Assembly: GCA_017390475.1 (NCBI GenBank)
Contig: JAFPBO010000055.1
Span: forward strand, 4,133-68,132
DNA length: 64,000 nt
Direction of reading: 5' to 3'
Source: Loktanella sp.
GTDB lineage: Bacteria; Pseudomonadota; Alphaproteobacteria; Rhodobacterales; Rhodobacteraceae
The first letter of the stretch is position 1. Every line of letters starts with the position of its first letter. Made by a program: the position numbers and the translations under genes. Below are positions 1 through 9,515 of the stretch, piece by piece. The notes under the pieces were generated by a model, which was given only the letters and a program-made list of their open reading frames with translations, made no database searches and had not been told where the DNA came from.

Positions 1-1464
1 ATGACCCCCACCCGCCGCGATATCCTGCGCATGGCCAGCGGCCTTGCCGCCAGCGCCGTCGCCACTTCAATGCCCACCTTCGCAGCACTCGCCAGAGGAC
101 CGGGCGGATCACCATCCGTGCCCTCGTTTCTGTCCGGGCATTTCCGCCCGGTGTTCGATGAGGCGACCGCGTTTGATCTGCCCGTCCGGGGGGCGATCCC
201 GCCGGTGCTGTCGGGGCGCTACTTCCGCAACGGGCATAATCCGAAGGAAGGGATCAATCCGGGCGCGTGGTTCTATGGGTCGGGCATGATCCATGGTCTG
301 CGCATCTCCGGCGGAAGGGCGGAATGGTACCGCAACCGCTGGGTCAAAACCCCGGCCCTGCTGGAAGGCAAGCCGCTATTCACCGATCAGGGCACCATCG
401 ACCTGACCGCCAGCGCCGCCGGGACCAGCGTGATTGCCCATGCGGGCCGGATCCTTGCCTTGCAGGAAGTGAATCTGCCTTTTGAGATCACGCCCGAACT
501 GGAAACCCTCGGAGCCTATGATTTCGGCGGTGCGTTGACCACCATGATGACGGCGCATCCAAAAGTCTGCCCCCGAACGGGTGAGATGCTCTTCTTCGGC
601 AATTCGCCACTGGCCCCGCATCTGACCTATCATGTCGCAGATGCCAGAGGCGCGCTGATCCACAGCGAGGTGATCGACGGACCGGCTGCCTCGATCATCC
701 ACGACTTTGCGATCACCGAAAACTACGTGATCTGGTTCGATCCGTCGGCGGTGCTCGACCTCGGTCTCAATCAGCCGTTCCCCTACGATTGGAACGACAA
801 ATACCCCGCGCGTATAGGCGTCATGCCGCGCGACCGCAGCAAGGGCGGTGTGCGCTGGATCGACGTGCCCTCGTTTTATGCGCTGCACTTCGCCAATGCT
901 TGGGAGGATGCCGAGGGCAAGATCATCGTCGAGGGTCCGTATTTCGACCGCCTTGCGTGGGACAGCGCGCTCGATTTCATCAACGGCGTCGCGGCCCATG
1001 GCGCGCCACCAGCAGATGGCTGCGTGCGCGGGCAATGGCGGATCGACCCAAAAGCAGGCACGGCAACGGTGGCCTTGCTGGACGATTTGACGGTGGAGTT
1101 CCCGACGATCAACCTTGCGCATACCGGCCGCGAAAGTCGCTATGTTTATGCATGTTCTTTCCCCGGCGCGGGACAGCGGGGCTGCGGAATCGTTAAATAT
1201 GATGTCCGAAGCGGCGAGCGCGCACTGCTGACCCTGCCCGACGGCGTCATGGCGGGCGAGCCATGCTTTGTCCCCGATCCGGCAGGGACGGCAGAGGACC
1301 ACGGCTGGCTGCTGACCTATGTCGGCGACCTTCGAAGCAATGCGGCTGAACTTTGGATCCTTGACGCCACAAGGATCGAAGCGGGCCCGGTTGCCGCAAT
1401 CGAACTGCCAGTCTGGGTACCCGCAGGCGTCCACGGCAGCTGGATCGACGATCTGGCGATCTGA
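1..1464 (+). CDS. carotenoid/stilbene cleavage oxygenase (RPE65/CCD) family protein with Tat leader
   Basis: 487-aa ORF. The N-terminal TRRDILRMASGLAASAVA is a twin-arginine signal. Family motifs HDFAITENYVIW and ALHFANAWED are present. The ORF begins at window base 1, so the true start could lie upstream. Confidence 0.85.
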   Translation: MTPTRRDILRMASGLAASAVATSMPTFAALARGPGGSPSVPSFLSGHFRPVFDEATAFDLPVRGAIPPVLSGRYFRNGHNPKEGINPGAWFYGSGMIHGLRISGGRAEWYRNRWVKTPALLEGKPLFTDQGTIDLTASAAGTSVIAHAGRILALQEVNLPFEITPELETLGAYDFGGALTTMMTAHPKVCPRTGEMLFFGNSPLAPHLTYHVADARGALIHSEVIDGPAASIIHDFAITENYVIWFDPSAVLDLGLNQPFPYDWNDKYPARIGVMPRDRSKGGVRWIDVPSFYALHFANAWEDAEGKIIVEGPYFDRLAWDSALDFINGVAAHGAPPADGCVRGQWRIDPKAGTATVALLDDLTVEFPTINLAHTGRESRYVYACSFPGAGQRGCGIVKYDVRSGERALLTLPDGVMAGEPCFVPDPAGTAEDHGWLLTYVGDLRSNAAELWILDATRIEAGPVAAIELPVWVPAGVHGSWIDDLAI

Positions 1465-1576
1465 TCCGGCAGCGCGGCAGGCCTGCGAAGGCTTGCCGCA
1501 CTCGTGCCGATAAATTCCTACACTTGGCTACGCAGGCGCAGTCCGCCTCAGGTCGCACACCAAACAAGGACACATC

Positions 1577-2023
1577 ATGTTGATTCAAAACAAAACGGCT
1601 GCCCGATATCCAGCCAATCCCGTTCCCGCAGCACGAGACAAGACCGCTCGCTACCTGATGATCGCGCTATCGGTCGCAACCCTGGGTGCCTTTGCCAATG
1701 CGGCAGCTGAGTTCGGATCGTTACCTCCTGACCGGCTGATTGTCGGCACCTGGCAAATATTGGGCTTTGCGGTCTTTGCCGGTCTCTTCGCGCTTCTCGC
1801 AATCTGGCCACGGCGCATGCCGGGCTTGTGGGAGCTGATCCTGTTGCACAAGGTCGGAGTCACGCTGATGAACATCGGGTTTATCGAAACCGTTTCCGGT
1901 CCGATGCCATCGGATAATCCGACAGCCGTTGTGATGATCGACGGCACGCTGGTTGCAATAACATTGCTTGCCTACGTTCTGGCCCAAGGTTGGCGCCCGT
2001 GGTTTACGAAGTCAGCGCAGTAA
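1577..2023 (+). CDS. hypothetical small integral membrane protein
   Basis: 148-aa ORF with about four hydrophobic helices (IALSVATLGAFANAAA, ILGFAVFAGLFALLAIW, GVTLMNIGFI, VVMIDGTLVAITLLAYVL). No family motif recognised. Confidence 0.5.
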   Translation: MLIQNKTAARYPANPVPAARDKTARYLMIALSVATLGAFANAAAEFGSLPPDRLIVGTWQILGFAVFAGLFALLAIWPRRMPGLWELILLHKVGVTLMNIGFIETVSGPMPSDNPTAVVMIDGTLVAITLLAYVLAQGWRPWFTKSAQ

Positions 2024-2029
2024 ATGGGG

Positions 2030-2701
2030 TCAACCCACTCCGGCTTCAGACCCCAGATGCTGCAGGGCCCCAACAATCATTGCGGCCTCGCGCGCAAGCT
2101 GCGCCCGCGTGGGCGTGCGGCCGATCACCACCATGCGCCAATAGAGCGAAGCCGGAATGAGATCGAGCGCAAGTTCCCTGTCTATGCTCTCCTTCAGCTC
2201 TCCCCGCGCAATGGCTCGGTCCAGAATCGCAGTTCCCTGCGCGCGTCTGGCTTCAGCGACCTGGGTGTTGAGCCGGCGCATGTCGGGCGAGCGTGCCGCC
2301 TCGGCGTGAAGATCCGGCAGGATTCGGCGGATCAGGGGATGACGCAGGACCGTGCGCAGCCGAGTGAGAAACGCCAGAACATCGGCTTCGAGATCGCCGT
2401 GATCCGCAGCGACCGCAACCTTCAGACCGAGGGCCGTAACGGCCGCCGCAGCAAAGGCCTGGCGCGAGGCGAAGCGGCGGTAGATCGCCGCCTTGCCGGC
2501 ACCGGCCCTCGCGGCAACCCTCTCAAGGCTGATGGCAGCGAAACCGTGTTCGGCCCAATCCTGAAAAAATGCCCGGAAAAGCGCCTCTGTCAGTTCCGCG
2601 CGGGGCACGGCAGCTCCGCTAGGCTTGCGGCGCTTTTTTTCGTCGGAACGGTTGCGTTTCAACGAAGGCCCTCCCATATGGATGATACGATAGCGTTCCA
2701 A
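2030..2701 (-). CDS. TetR/AcrR family transcriptional regulator
   Basis: 223 aa. The N-terminal HTH region FRAFFQDWAEHGFAAISLERVAARAGAGKAAIYRRFASRQAF is a canonical TetR signature. The same-size antisense ORF 2024..2707 has no motif. Confidence 0.85.
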   Translation of the reverse strand: MERYRIIHMGGPSLKRNRSDEKKRRKPSGAAVPRAELTEALFRAFFQDWAEHGFAAISLERVAARAGAGKAAIYRRFASRQAFAAAAVTALGLKVAVAADHGDLEADVLAFLTRLRTVLRHPLIRRILPDLHAEAARSPDMRRLNTQVAEARRAQGTAILDRAIARGELKESIDRELALDLIPASLYWRMVVIGRTPTRAQLAREAAMIVGALQHLGSEAGVG

Positions 2702-2718
2702 TCATAAGAGGTTTTGCC

Positions 2719-3159
2719 ATGGCTGACAAGTTCGACACCTTCTCCGACCTCCTGCGCGCGGCACTAGGCTCGCATTTAGCCCCCGCAGACGATATGCTGG
2801 ACCTGTTCACCGACGACATCGTCTTTGAGTTTCCGTTTGCCCCCGAGGGACTCCCCACCCGGTTTGAAGGGCGCGACGCGCTCACCGGCCATCTGGCGAA
2901 GCTCGGCCCGTTGCTTTCGCTTGGCGAGATGGAGCTGCACGCCGTTTATCCATCCGGAGACACCGTGATTGCCGAGTTTTCCTGCAAGGGCCGAGGCGTG
3001 CAAACGGGTTTACCCTATGACCAGAACTATGTCTCGGTCATCACACTGCGCGACGAACGCATCGCGCGGTACCGCGACTACTGGAATCCGCTGGTCGTGC
3101 TTGCGGCACTGGGCGGCGCAGATGCCGCAAACGCTGCTTTCAGCGCGGCAGGATCATGA
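2719..3159 (+). CDS. SnoaL-like / NTF2-fold protein
   Basis: 146 aa. The size and pattern (DDIVFEFPF, GRDAL, the C-terminal IARYRDYWNP) are typical of SnoaL/ketosteroid-isomerase-like proteins. Divergent from the TetR gene. Confidence 0.65.
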   Translation: MADKFDTFSDLLRAALGSHLAPADDMLDLFTDDIVFEFPFAPEGLPTRFEGRDALTGHLAKLGPLLSLGEMELHAVYPSGDTVIAEFSCKGRGVQTGLPYDQNYVSVITLRDERIARYRDYWNPLVVLAALGGADAANAAFSAAGS

Positions 3160-3986
3160 TTGGTCCTGTCCTCGTCATCGGGGGCACCGGCAAGACCGGC
3201 CGCCGTGTCGCCGCCCGCCTTGCGGCAGAGGGCATTGACGCCCGCATTGGCACGCGTTCCCCTCAAGAGCCGCAGCACCGGCGCTTTGACTGGGCCGACA
3301 TGTCTTGTGCCAAAGCCTTCGATGGCTGCACCGCCGCATGGCTGGTCGCACCGACTGACCGCACGGATCATCTGGCGGTGATGCAGCCAATGCTCGAACA
3401 GGCCATGGCGCGCGGCGTGCGGCGCTTCGTGCTCCTCAGTTCCTCGCTTTTTGAGGCGGGTGGCCCGTTGATGGGCGAGGTCCACGCTTGGCTGGCCGGA
3501 CATGCCGAAGAATGGGCGGTGCTGCGGCCTTCGTGGTTCATGCAAAATTTCACCGAAGGGGCGCATGGCGACACCATTCGCAAGGAGGACGCGATCTACA
3601 GCGCCACGGGCAGCGGGCGGGTCGGATTCATCGACGCGGACGACATAGCTGCCGCCGCCGTGGCGGCCCTGACGACCGATACAGCGATGAATGCGGACGC
3701 CATTCTCACTGGACCCGAGGCGCTGAGCTACGATGACATTGTGACGATCGTCTCGGAATCGACTGGTAGGACGGTGCGCCATGTCGCATTGGAACCTGAG
3801 GCATTGTCGGCTCGCCTGAACGCTCTTGGCATGCCTCCGGGATATGTCGAAGCGCTTGTCCGGCTCGATCTGGTCATCAGCGAAGGTGCCGAGGATCGGA
3901 CGACGACCGGCGTGATGGACCTGACCGGAAGGCAACCCCGGTCTTTCCAGGCTTTCGTCACTGAGTGCAAAGTGACGTGGGACTGA
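3156..3986 (+). CDS. NmrA-like NAD(P)H-binding protein
   Basis: 276 aa. N-terminal Rossmann motif VLVIGGTGKTGRRVAARL. 4-nt overlap with the upstream SnoaL-like gene. Confidence 0.8.
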   Translation: MIGPVLVIGGTGKTGRRVAARLAAEGIDARIGTRSPQEPQHRRFDWADMSCAKAFDGCTAAWLVAPTDRTDHLAVMQPMLEQAMARGVRRFVLLSSSLFEAGGPLMGEVHAWLAGHAEEWAVLRPSWFMQNFTEGAHGDTIRKEDAIYSATGSGRVGFIDADDIAAAAVAALTTDTAMNADAILTGPEALSYDDIVTIVSESTGRTVRHVALEPEALSARLNALGMPPGYVEALVRLDLVISEGAEDRTTTGVMDLTGRQPRSFQAFVTECKVTWD

Positions 3987-4587
3987 GGGATACGTCGTCG
4001 CAGAGCCTCGGTGGGTGAAGCAACAGTCCCACGAAAATTGGTAGCATCCGGCAGCCGGCGGGATGGGAATACGGTGACCCAGTTTCAGAATGGAGCCGCT
4101 ACTGACGGGGCCGGATCGCGCGACAGGAAGGGCGGGATCCGACCCCGTCAGCGCGATCAGCCCCTGAATATGATGCGCGATCCATGAATGTCGGTTTCGG
4201 TGACGCTGCGATGCGGCTTCCAATCAGGCGGCGAGTGTCCAGTAAGGGCCGTCCTCGATTGGTCGGTCCTCAACGTTGGACGCGAGACAGCCGAACCGAA
4301 AGGCTGAAAACTAACATTCAGTTGGGCTGATCACCGCGGTCAGTTCTGTAATGCTGCAGATCGGCAGAGAGCCCTTTCTGATGGTCGCCAGCGCGTTGGA
4401 TGCTGCGCCTTCGTTCGGCAAGTGCAAGTCATACGGGCGGTCTGTTGCGGTGCAGCATGCGAATGACCACACCGCCAGAAATCGCGGCCTTTGCGTCACT
4501 CCTAACTGCGGCAGCGACAGCGTGTCGGCATTTTTCTCTTCACGCTTGTCGGAATACGCCTAAGTTTGCACTGGCCTGAAGCAGTTC

Positions 4588-5838
4588 GTGCCGAGCGTGA
4601 ACGAAGAAGAAATACTGAAAAAACTCAGGTTCTATGGTACGGTCGCCAAAAGGATTTTGCCACTGATGCGTATTTTGTCGGACATTGACCGGTTTTCCGA
4701 AGTTGTCGCCTCGATCTATTCGGCAGCTCTCGATCCGTCGCACTGGCAGGCTGTTCTTGATCGGCTGCAATTAGAGTCTGGGGGCACTGCCACCCATATT
4801 ATCGGTTATGACTTCGAGACCGGAATGGACCTTGGCTTCATTACTGCGGGCTACGATGACGCATTTCTTCAATCCTACGCCGCGCATTACTGCCACAAGA
4901 ACGTCTGGGCAGCGGGATGGATACAGTACGCTAGCGGCCGACCGATATTCTCTCAGCAGATGTACCCACTGGATGAGTTGTTAAAGACGGAATTTTACAA
5001 TGATTGGGTGAGACCGCAGGAGGACCGGCGCGCTGGCGGTGGTGTCCTTTTCCACAAGAGCCAGGGCCGAATGTTCGCGCTCGGAGGCAACATTCGCAAA
5101 AAGGACGAGGAAACCCTGGAGCCTGCCTGGATGCGAGCGGTTCATCTGCTCAAGCCACATCTCGAGCGCGCCTTTGAGATCAATCGTCGGATGGCAGGTC
5201 GGAGCCTGGTTGAGAATCTGGCATCGCCAATTCAGCGCGGTGCAAGCACAGTGCTCGTTATATCAGCGAAGGGTCGGCTGCTTTATGCTTCGGAAGCGGC
5301 GGGCCTGCACTTGGCCAGAGACGATCTCTTCCGGTGCGATACCCTCAACCGGATCTCACTTGTCGAAGATGAGGCCGAGACGACGCTCCGAAGGGCTCTT
5401 TTCGCGATACAGGCGGAGCCGGTTCTTTGGGCGCTAACCTGCAAAAGCCAGCGTCCTGGCTCTCGGTACCGCCGGACTTATGAGTTCATCGCATTTGCGA
5501 GTGGGGCGCAGGCAGCGTCGGATCTCGGATTTATCTGTGGTGCGAATGAAAATTGTCTTCTGGTGACGATGACACATGAAGAAACGTCACGCAGTCCCGC
5601 CCGAGAGCTGATGCATGCGTACCAGCTGACGCAGGCGGAGGCGGACGTGGCGTTGCTGCTTTCGGACGGGCGGTCGGCAGTTGAAATTGCAGGGCTTAGA
5701 TCTGCCGCCATCACCACTGTGCGCAACCAGATCAAAGCAGCGATGACCAAATGCGGCGTACGCCGCCAGCTCGACCTTGTGCGCGTCGTAGAGCGCAATG
5801 TCCACGGTGGGGCGCGCAAAATAAACAACTCTCCATAG
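4588..5838 (+). CDS. LuxR-family transcriptional regulator (C-terminal HTH)
   Basis: 416 aa. The C-terminal LTQAEADVALLLSDGRSAVEIAGLRSAAITTVRNQIKAAMTKCGVRRQLDLVRVV is a LuxR/GerE HTH. The listed start is GTG; an alternative ATG lies at 4666 (MRILSDIDRF). Confidence 0.8.
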   Translation: MPSVNEEEILKKLRFYGTVAKRILPLMRILSDIDRFSEVVASIYSAALDPSHWQAVLDRLQLESGGTATHIIGYDFETGMDLGFITAGYDDAFLQSYAAHYCHKNVWAAGWIQYASGRPIFSQQMYPLDELLKTEFYNDWVRPQEDRRAGGGVLFHKSQGRMFALGGNIRKKDEETLEPAWMRAVHLLKPHLERAFEINRRMAGRSLVENLASPIQRGASTVLVISAKGRLLYASEAAGLHLARDDLFRCDTLNRISLVEDEAETTLRRALFAIQAEPVLWALTCKSQRPGSRYRRTYEFIAFASGAQAASDLGFICGANENCLLVTMTHEETSRSPARELMHAYQLTQAEADVALLLSDGRSAVEIAGLRSAAITTVRNQIKAAMTKCGVRRQLDLVRVVERNVHGGARKINNSP

Positions 5839-5947
5839 TCCATATGGATCATGACGGACTGGCTGCCTTCCGGTTCGATATGTTAGCGGGATGTCCCGCA
5901 GAACCTATGCTCGCCCGCTTGTGGGGGGCTCATAGAAAGGCGAAAAC

Positions 5948-6967
5948 ATGAAACTTCATTCAAAATTTTCTCTCGTAGGCGTTGCACTGGGAGCGTTGGC
6001 GGCCTGTTCGGATAGCGATACCGTCACCCCTGGGATCACCATCAATCCTGAGGAACCTGGGATCACCATCAGCCCTGAGGAAGAAGCGTTGCGGGTCATG
6101 GCGGTTCAGGATGACGGCAACACGATTGATGCTGGCGGGGCGATTGCCGGGGGCGAGGTACTGACGGCCCGCTCTGTCTCGGTTGCAGCGCAAAGCGTCT
6201 TTTATGGCGACGGCGAAACTTTTCCGATTGATGCGACGGTGCAGGTGGAGCGCAATCCCGCGACAGGCGAGGTCACGCTCACGCTGAACGGCGAGCCCTA
6301 CGACTTCACGACGGCAGACCGCAGCGGGTTTGAAGGCACAGTCTTTGGCTACGATGTGTCGGACAGAGAGAACGACAAGTTCGTGGCTATGTGGAACTGG
6401 ACCGGCCCGCTTGACGATCTTCTGGCTTCGGGTAGCGGGTTCGCGGAGGCTATCGAGGCGCAGTCGAACCTGGTTCCCGGCGGTCCAAACGTGCGGGTCT
6501 TCGCGGTAGTCGGTGCCGAAACCGCTGACGCCGATCTCTCTGGATTGCCGACCGCGACCTACGACGGTAGCAGCACCATTTTGTTCACCCCGAACGAAGG
6601 GTTCGATGGCTCCGAAGATGAAACGCAGCTGCGATCGAGACTGACGATGACGGCAGATTTCGGCGCCGGCACCGTTTCAGGAAACCTCAGCGAGTTGAAG
6701 TTCCGGGACGGCCGCGGGGAGCGACGCAACGCTGCGGGCAAAATCCTGCTGAACACAGCTGAATTTGGCGTCAACGGCTTCGAAGGAACGATCAGCCCCG
6801 ACGCTACGTATGCCACAAATGGTGAACTCAGCATCAATTCAGGCTCCTACTCCGGCGCCTTCTATGGCCCCGTGGCCAACGAAATCGGCGGTGTGATCAG
6901 TGCCGCGGGTGACCGAGGCGCGGAACCGGTTAACGGTATCGGGTTCTTCCACGGAGAGCAGAACTGA
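5948..6967 (+). CDS. lipoprotein with TbpB-like C-terminal beta-barrel (candidate Slam-dependent surface lipoprotein)
   Basis: 339 aa. Lipobox LGALAAC|SDSD. The C-terminal GSYSGAFYGPVANEIGGVISAAGDRGAEPVNGIGFFHGEQN matches the terminal strands of the TbpB/fHbp-type lipoprotein barrel. It sits immediately upstream of a DUF560-like gene. Confidence 0.65.
   Translation: MKLHSKFSLVGVALGALAACSDSDTVTPGITINPEEPGITISPEEEALRVMAVQDDGNTIDAGGAIAGGEVLTARSVSVAAQSVFYGDGETFPIDATVQVERNPATGEVTLTLNGEPYDFTTADRSGFEGTVFGYDVSDRENDKFVAMWNWTGPLDDLLASGSGFAEAIEAQSNLVPGGPNVRVFAVVGAETADADLSGLPTATYDGSSTILFTPNEGFDGSEDETQLRSRLTMTADFGAGTVSGNLSELKFRDGRGERRNAAGKILLNTAEFGVNGFEGTISPDATYATNGELSINSGSYSGAFYGPVANEIGGVISAAGDRGAEPVNGIGFFHGEQN
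6029..6082 (+). repeat. 27-nt tandem direct repeat x2 inside the lipoprotein gene
   Basis: cctgggatcaccatcaatcctgaggaa is followed by cctgggatcaccatcagccctgaggaa (2 mismatches). Together they encode PGITINPEE-PGITISPEE in the linker after the lipobox. Confidence 0.9.
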
Positions 6968-7130
6968 TGCTCAGCTGACGGAGGGTCGGGCTTTCGGATC
7001 ATGTTGATTCACGGTCCTCCTGGCGCGGGCGTTCCCCAAGCAACGTCCGCGCCACCACACAACGCACCGGGATGTCTCGCGCCGCTTGGGGGCATGGCGA
7101 AACACCCCCTTAATGCTTGGGATCTACATC

Positions 7131-8417
7131 ATGTCAATTATCACACGCGCGGCTGCGTCGCTCGCAGTCCTCGTCGTCGCAGATGCGCTTTGCGCGCAAG
7201 ACGCCACCCCATCCCCCCTCACGGCGCTTCGGGACGGCGATTACGCGAAGGCACGATCAGAGCTCGTGATGATTGTTGCCAACAGGCCCGATGCGGCGCT
7301 GCACATCGCATACCTTGAGGGCCTGATAAAAGTGCAGCAAGGAGAGTTCGAGGCTGCGGCCAGCACCTTCCGTAGCATCCTTTCGGTGGCACCCGACTAC
7401 GAGCCCGCCCGGCGCGAACTGACCTTTGCGCTGGCGCATTTGGGCGAAACCGCGGGCGCGCTCTATCATGCTGAGCGGCTGGTGGCGCAGACCTCAGACG
7501 AGCGCCTCCGCGCGGGGCTTCAAGCCTTGATCAACAATACTTCGCAGGGCAATCCGCGTGGGGTCGGCCTGCAATTCGCGATCCTGCCGTCCACGAACGC
7601 GAGCAAGGGCACCGATGACGAGGTGATCGTGATCGGCGGCCTGCCGTTTGTGATCGATGAGGCATCCCGGGCGCAGGACGGAGTCGGGCTCAGCTTCGGC
7701 ATCTCCGCTTGGAATCGCTGGGTGCTATCCGAAAACTGGAGCGCGACCTTGAGCGGTACGCTTTCGGCGCAGGTTTACAAAGAGGCGCGCGCGAATGAAC
7801 AGACCGGTACGGTGAAACTCGATTTTCATCGTCCCTTTACACAAGGGCGCGTAAACATCGGGCCTGTTGCCGATCTGACCTTTACCGACGGCGACAAGAG
7901 CAGGGAGCGGATAGGGGTCGCCGGCAGTGGTGTCTACGCACTGGCGCCCGGACGCGAGATGAGCGCAGGGCTGACGCACTGGTGGCAGACATACCCCGAT
8001 CGGGAGTTTCGGGACGGCACGAGCATTGTAGGGTTTCTTGGCTATCGGCAATCCTTGTCACCGTCGACCAGCCTTTCTCTATCCCTGCCGTTCAATCGGG
8101 AGCGGACGGATCTAGCGCATCTGGATCACGACGACATCGGTGTAGTCGTCGGTCTCGACAGGGAGTGGAGCAACGGCCTGATCAGCGGGTTCAGTGCAGG
8201 CCTGCGGCGCGATAATTACCTTGGGGATTTTCCGGGTAGCGACGAACCCCTCGAAGACATCGTCTCGACGCTCGGGGTCTCGCTTCTGCATCGCAACCTC
8301 ACGATCGGGCGCTACGCGCCGCTGTTCAGCTATACCTACACAAACTCCAGCTCAAACATCGGGTTTTTCGACTATGACAGCCACGATGTGGCTATCACGC
8401 TATCGACGCGCTTCTGA
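7131..8417 (+). CDS. surface lipoprotein assembly modifier (Slam/DUF560)-like outer membrane protein
   Basis: Signal peptide MSIITRAAASLAVLVVADALCAQD. An N-terminal TPR-like helical region is followed by an about 280-aa beta-rich domain (LQFAILPSTNASKGTDD...) ending in the OMP-type terminus ITLSTRF. The ORF track starts at TTG 7086; I prefer ATG 7131. Confidence 0.65.
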   Translation: MSIITRAAASLAVLVVADALCAQDATPSPLTALRDGDYAKARSELVMIVANRPDAALHIAYLEGLIKVQQGEFEAAASTFRSILSVAPDYEPARRELTFALAHLGETAGALYHAERLVAQTSDERLRAGLQALINNTSQGNPRGVGLQFAILPSTNASKGTDDEVIVIGGLPFVIDEASRAQDGVGLSFGISAWNRWVLSENWSATLSGTLSAQVYKEARANEQTGTVKLDFHRPFTQGRVNIGPVADLTFTDGDKSRERIGVAGSGVYALAPGREMSAGLTHWWQTYPDREFRDGTSIVGFLGYRQSLSPSTSLSLSLPFNRERTDLAHLDHDDIGVVVGLDREWSNGLISGFSAGLRRDNYLGDFPGSDEPLEDIVSTLGVSLLHRNLTIGRYAPLFSYTYTNSSSNIGFFDYDSHDVAITLSTRF

Positions 8418-8544
8418 CTCGACCTCAGTCCACCCCGAGAAGCAAAGGTGGTGACCGCGCGGGATGGGCAGTGCAATGGACGTTTCCGAAGATGATTAGA
8501 ATTGGCAATAAAAACATAGGGCTAAGTGCAGCGACGGCGTCGCG

Positions 8545-9005
8545 ATGCTTTCGCGTCCAGCGATCTTCGATGCGCGGAATTAAGTCCAGCAGAACTGCTG
8601 GGCACAGATCTTTGCCGCGTCCCGCAATGACGCTAGGTATACCGAGCGGCCCTGTTGGCGCAGCCCGTGCTCCTCGCTGTTTCGGATGAACATCTGCGCG
8701 CCGGTCAAAATGTTGTTGCAGAGGATGCGTATGGAATTGTCGGGCTGGCCGCAGTCACCCCTCGGCCAGATGGACTGGAGCTGAAAGGCCTGTTTTCTCA
8801 TCCTAATCAGTGGGAGCAAGGAATTGGCCGTTTCCTGATCGAAAGTGCTGCAGAACAGTTCGGCAACTGCCCGACTGGGAACATGTATGTCATGGCGGGC
8901 CCTGACGCAAAATCCTTCTATCAGGCTTGCGAATTTGAGGTTGTCGGCGAGACCGACACGCAATTCGGCCCTGCCATCGCGATGATGGGCAGCGGGAGGA
9001 AATGA
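8545..9005 (+). pseudogene. GNAT-family N-acetyltransferase, apparently frameshifted
   Basis: The C-terminal part is intact (GLFSHPNQWEQGIGRFLIESAAEQ...FYQACEFEVVGE, the GNAT core). The N-terminal part (MLSRPAIFDAR) lies in a different frame and is interrupted by stops near 8578 and 8634. Confidence 0.45.
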
Positions 9006-9127
9006 ACAATGCTGCTATGACCAATGTGCGGGACAAACTGCTGTTCAAATCTATCGTCCGGGAACAAAAACTCGACTAGGTGGATACTTGACCAAGCGCG
9101 GCGAGTAATGTGGATCATTCCGATGAA

Positions 9128-9502
9128 TCACTCTGCCGCGGCGAGGTGGTAGGGCTTCACGAGACAGTCTGCCGGTATGTGCCACTCACTGCTCAGCCTG
9201 TGGATCATGTCCACCGTCAAGGCGCGTTTTCGGTTCAGCACTTCGGATGCGCGGGGGCGCGATCCGAACAATGCCGCCAGATCGGCTTGGGTGCGCCCTC
9301 TCGTGTCCATGTGCACCTTGAGCAGGTCAATCGGCTCCATAGCCTCGACGTGAAAGTGCTTGCTCTCGTAGTGCTCAACGAGATCCATGAGGATATCAAG
9401 CTCATCGCCTTCGGGCGTGCCGGGTTCTTTGCCCCAGAGGGAGTCGATGCGGGCAAGAGCGGCGGTCAGATCGTCGTTCGTGCGGATCGGTCGGATTTCC
9501 AT
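9128..9502 (-). CDS. higA: HigA-family antitoxin (HTH, XRE-type)
   Basis: 124 aa. IRTNDDLTAALARIDSLWGKEPGTPEGDELDILMDLVEHYE is followed by the HTH GRTQADLAALFGSRPRASEVLNRKRALTVDMIHRL. This is the typical long HigA architecture. Confidence 0.8.
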   Translation of the reverse strand: MEIRPIRTNDDLTAALARIDSLWGKEPGTPEGDELDILMDLVEHYESKHFHVEAMEPIDLLKVHMDTRGRTQADLAALFGSRPRASEVLNRKRALTVDMIHRLSSEWHIPADCLVKPYHLAAAE

Positions 9503-9515
9503 GATGTCGCTCCTT

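Noticed and set aside
376-1434. 352-aa minus-strand ORF
   Set aside because: It is antisense to the carotenoid-oxygenase gene, which has clear family motifs. Shadow ORF.
1473-1499. GC-rich imperfect hairpin after the carotenoid-oxygenase stop codon (gcggcaggcc-tgcgaa-ggcttgccgc)
   Set aside because: It has one mismatch and no following T-run, so it cannot be supported as an intrinsic terminator.
2024-2707. 227-aa plus-strand ORF co-extensive with the TetR gene
   Set aside because: Only the minus-strand frame shows a TetR HTH signature. The plus frame has no recognisable motif.
3078-4223. 381-aa minus-strand ORF
   Set aside because: It is antisense to the well-supported NmrA-like gene and has an Arg/Ala/Gly/Pro-rich composition typical of high-GC shadow frames. 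No motif was found.
4224-4499. Minus-strand fragments (...RFLAVWSFACCTATDRPYDLHLPNEGAASNALATIRKGSLPI...*...FGCLASNVEDRPIEDGPYWTLAA*)
   Set aside because: They look like a broken gene interrupted by a stop, but I cannot assign a family. Not reported as a feature.
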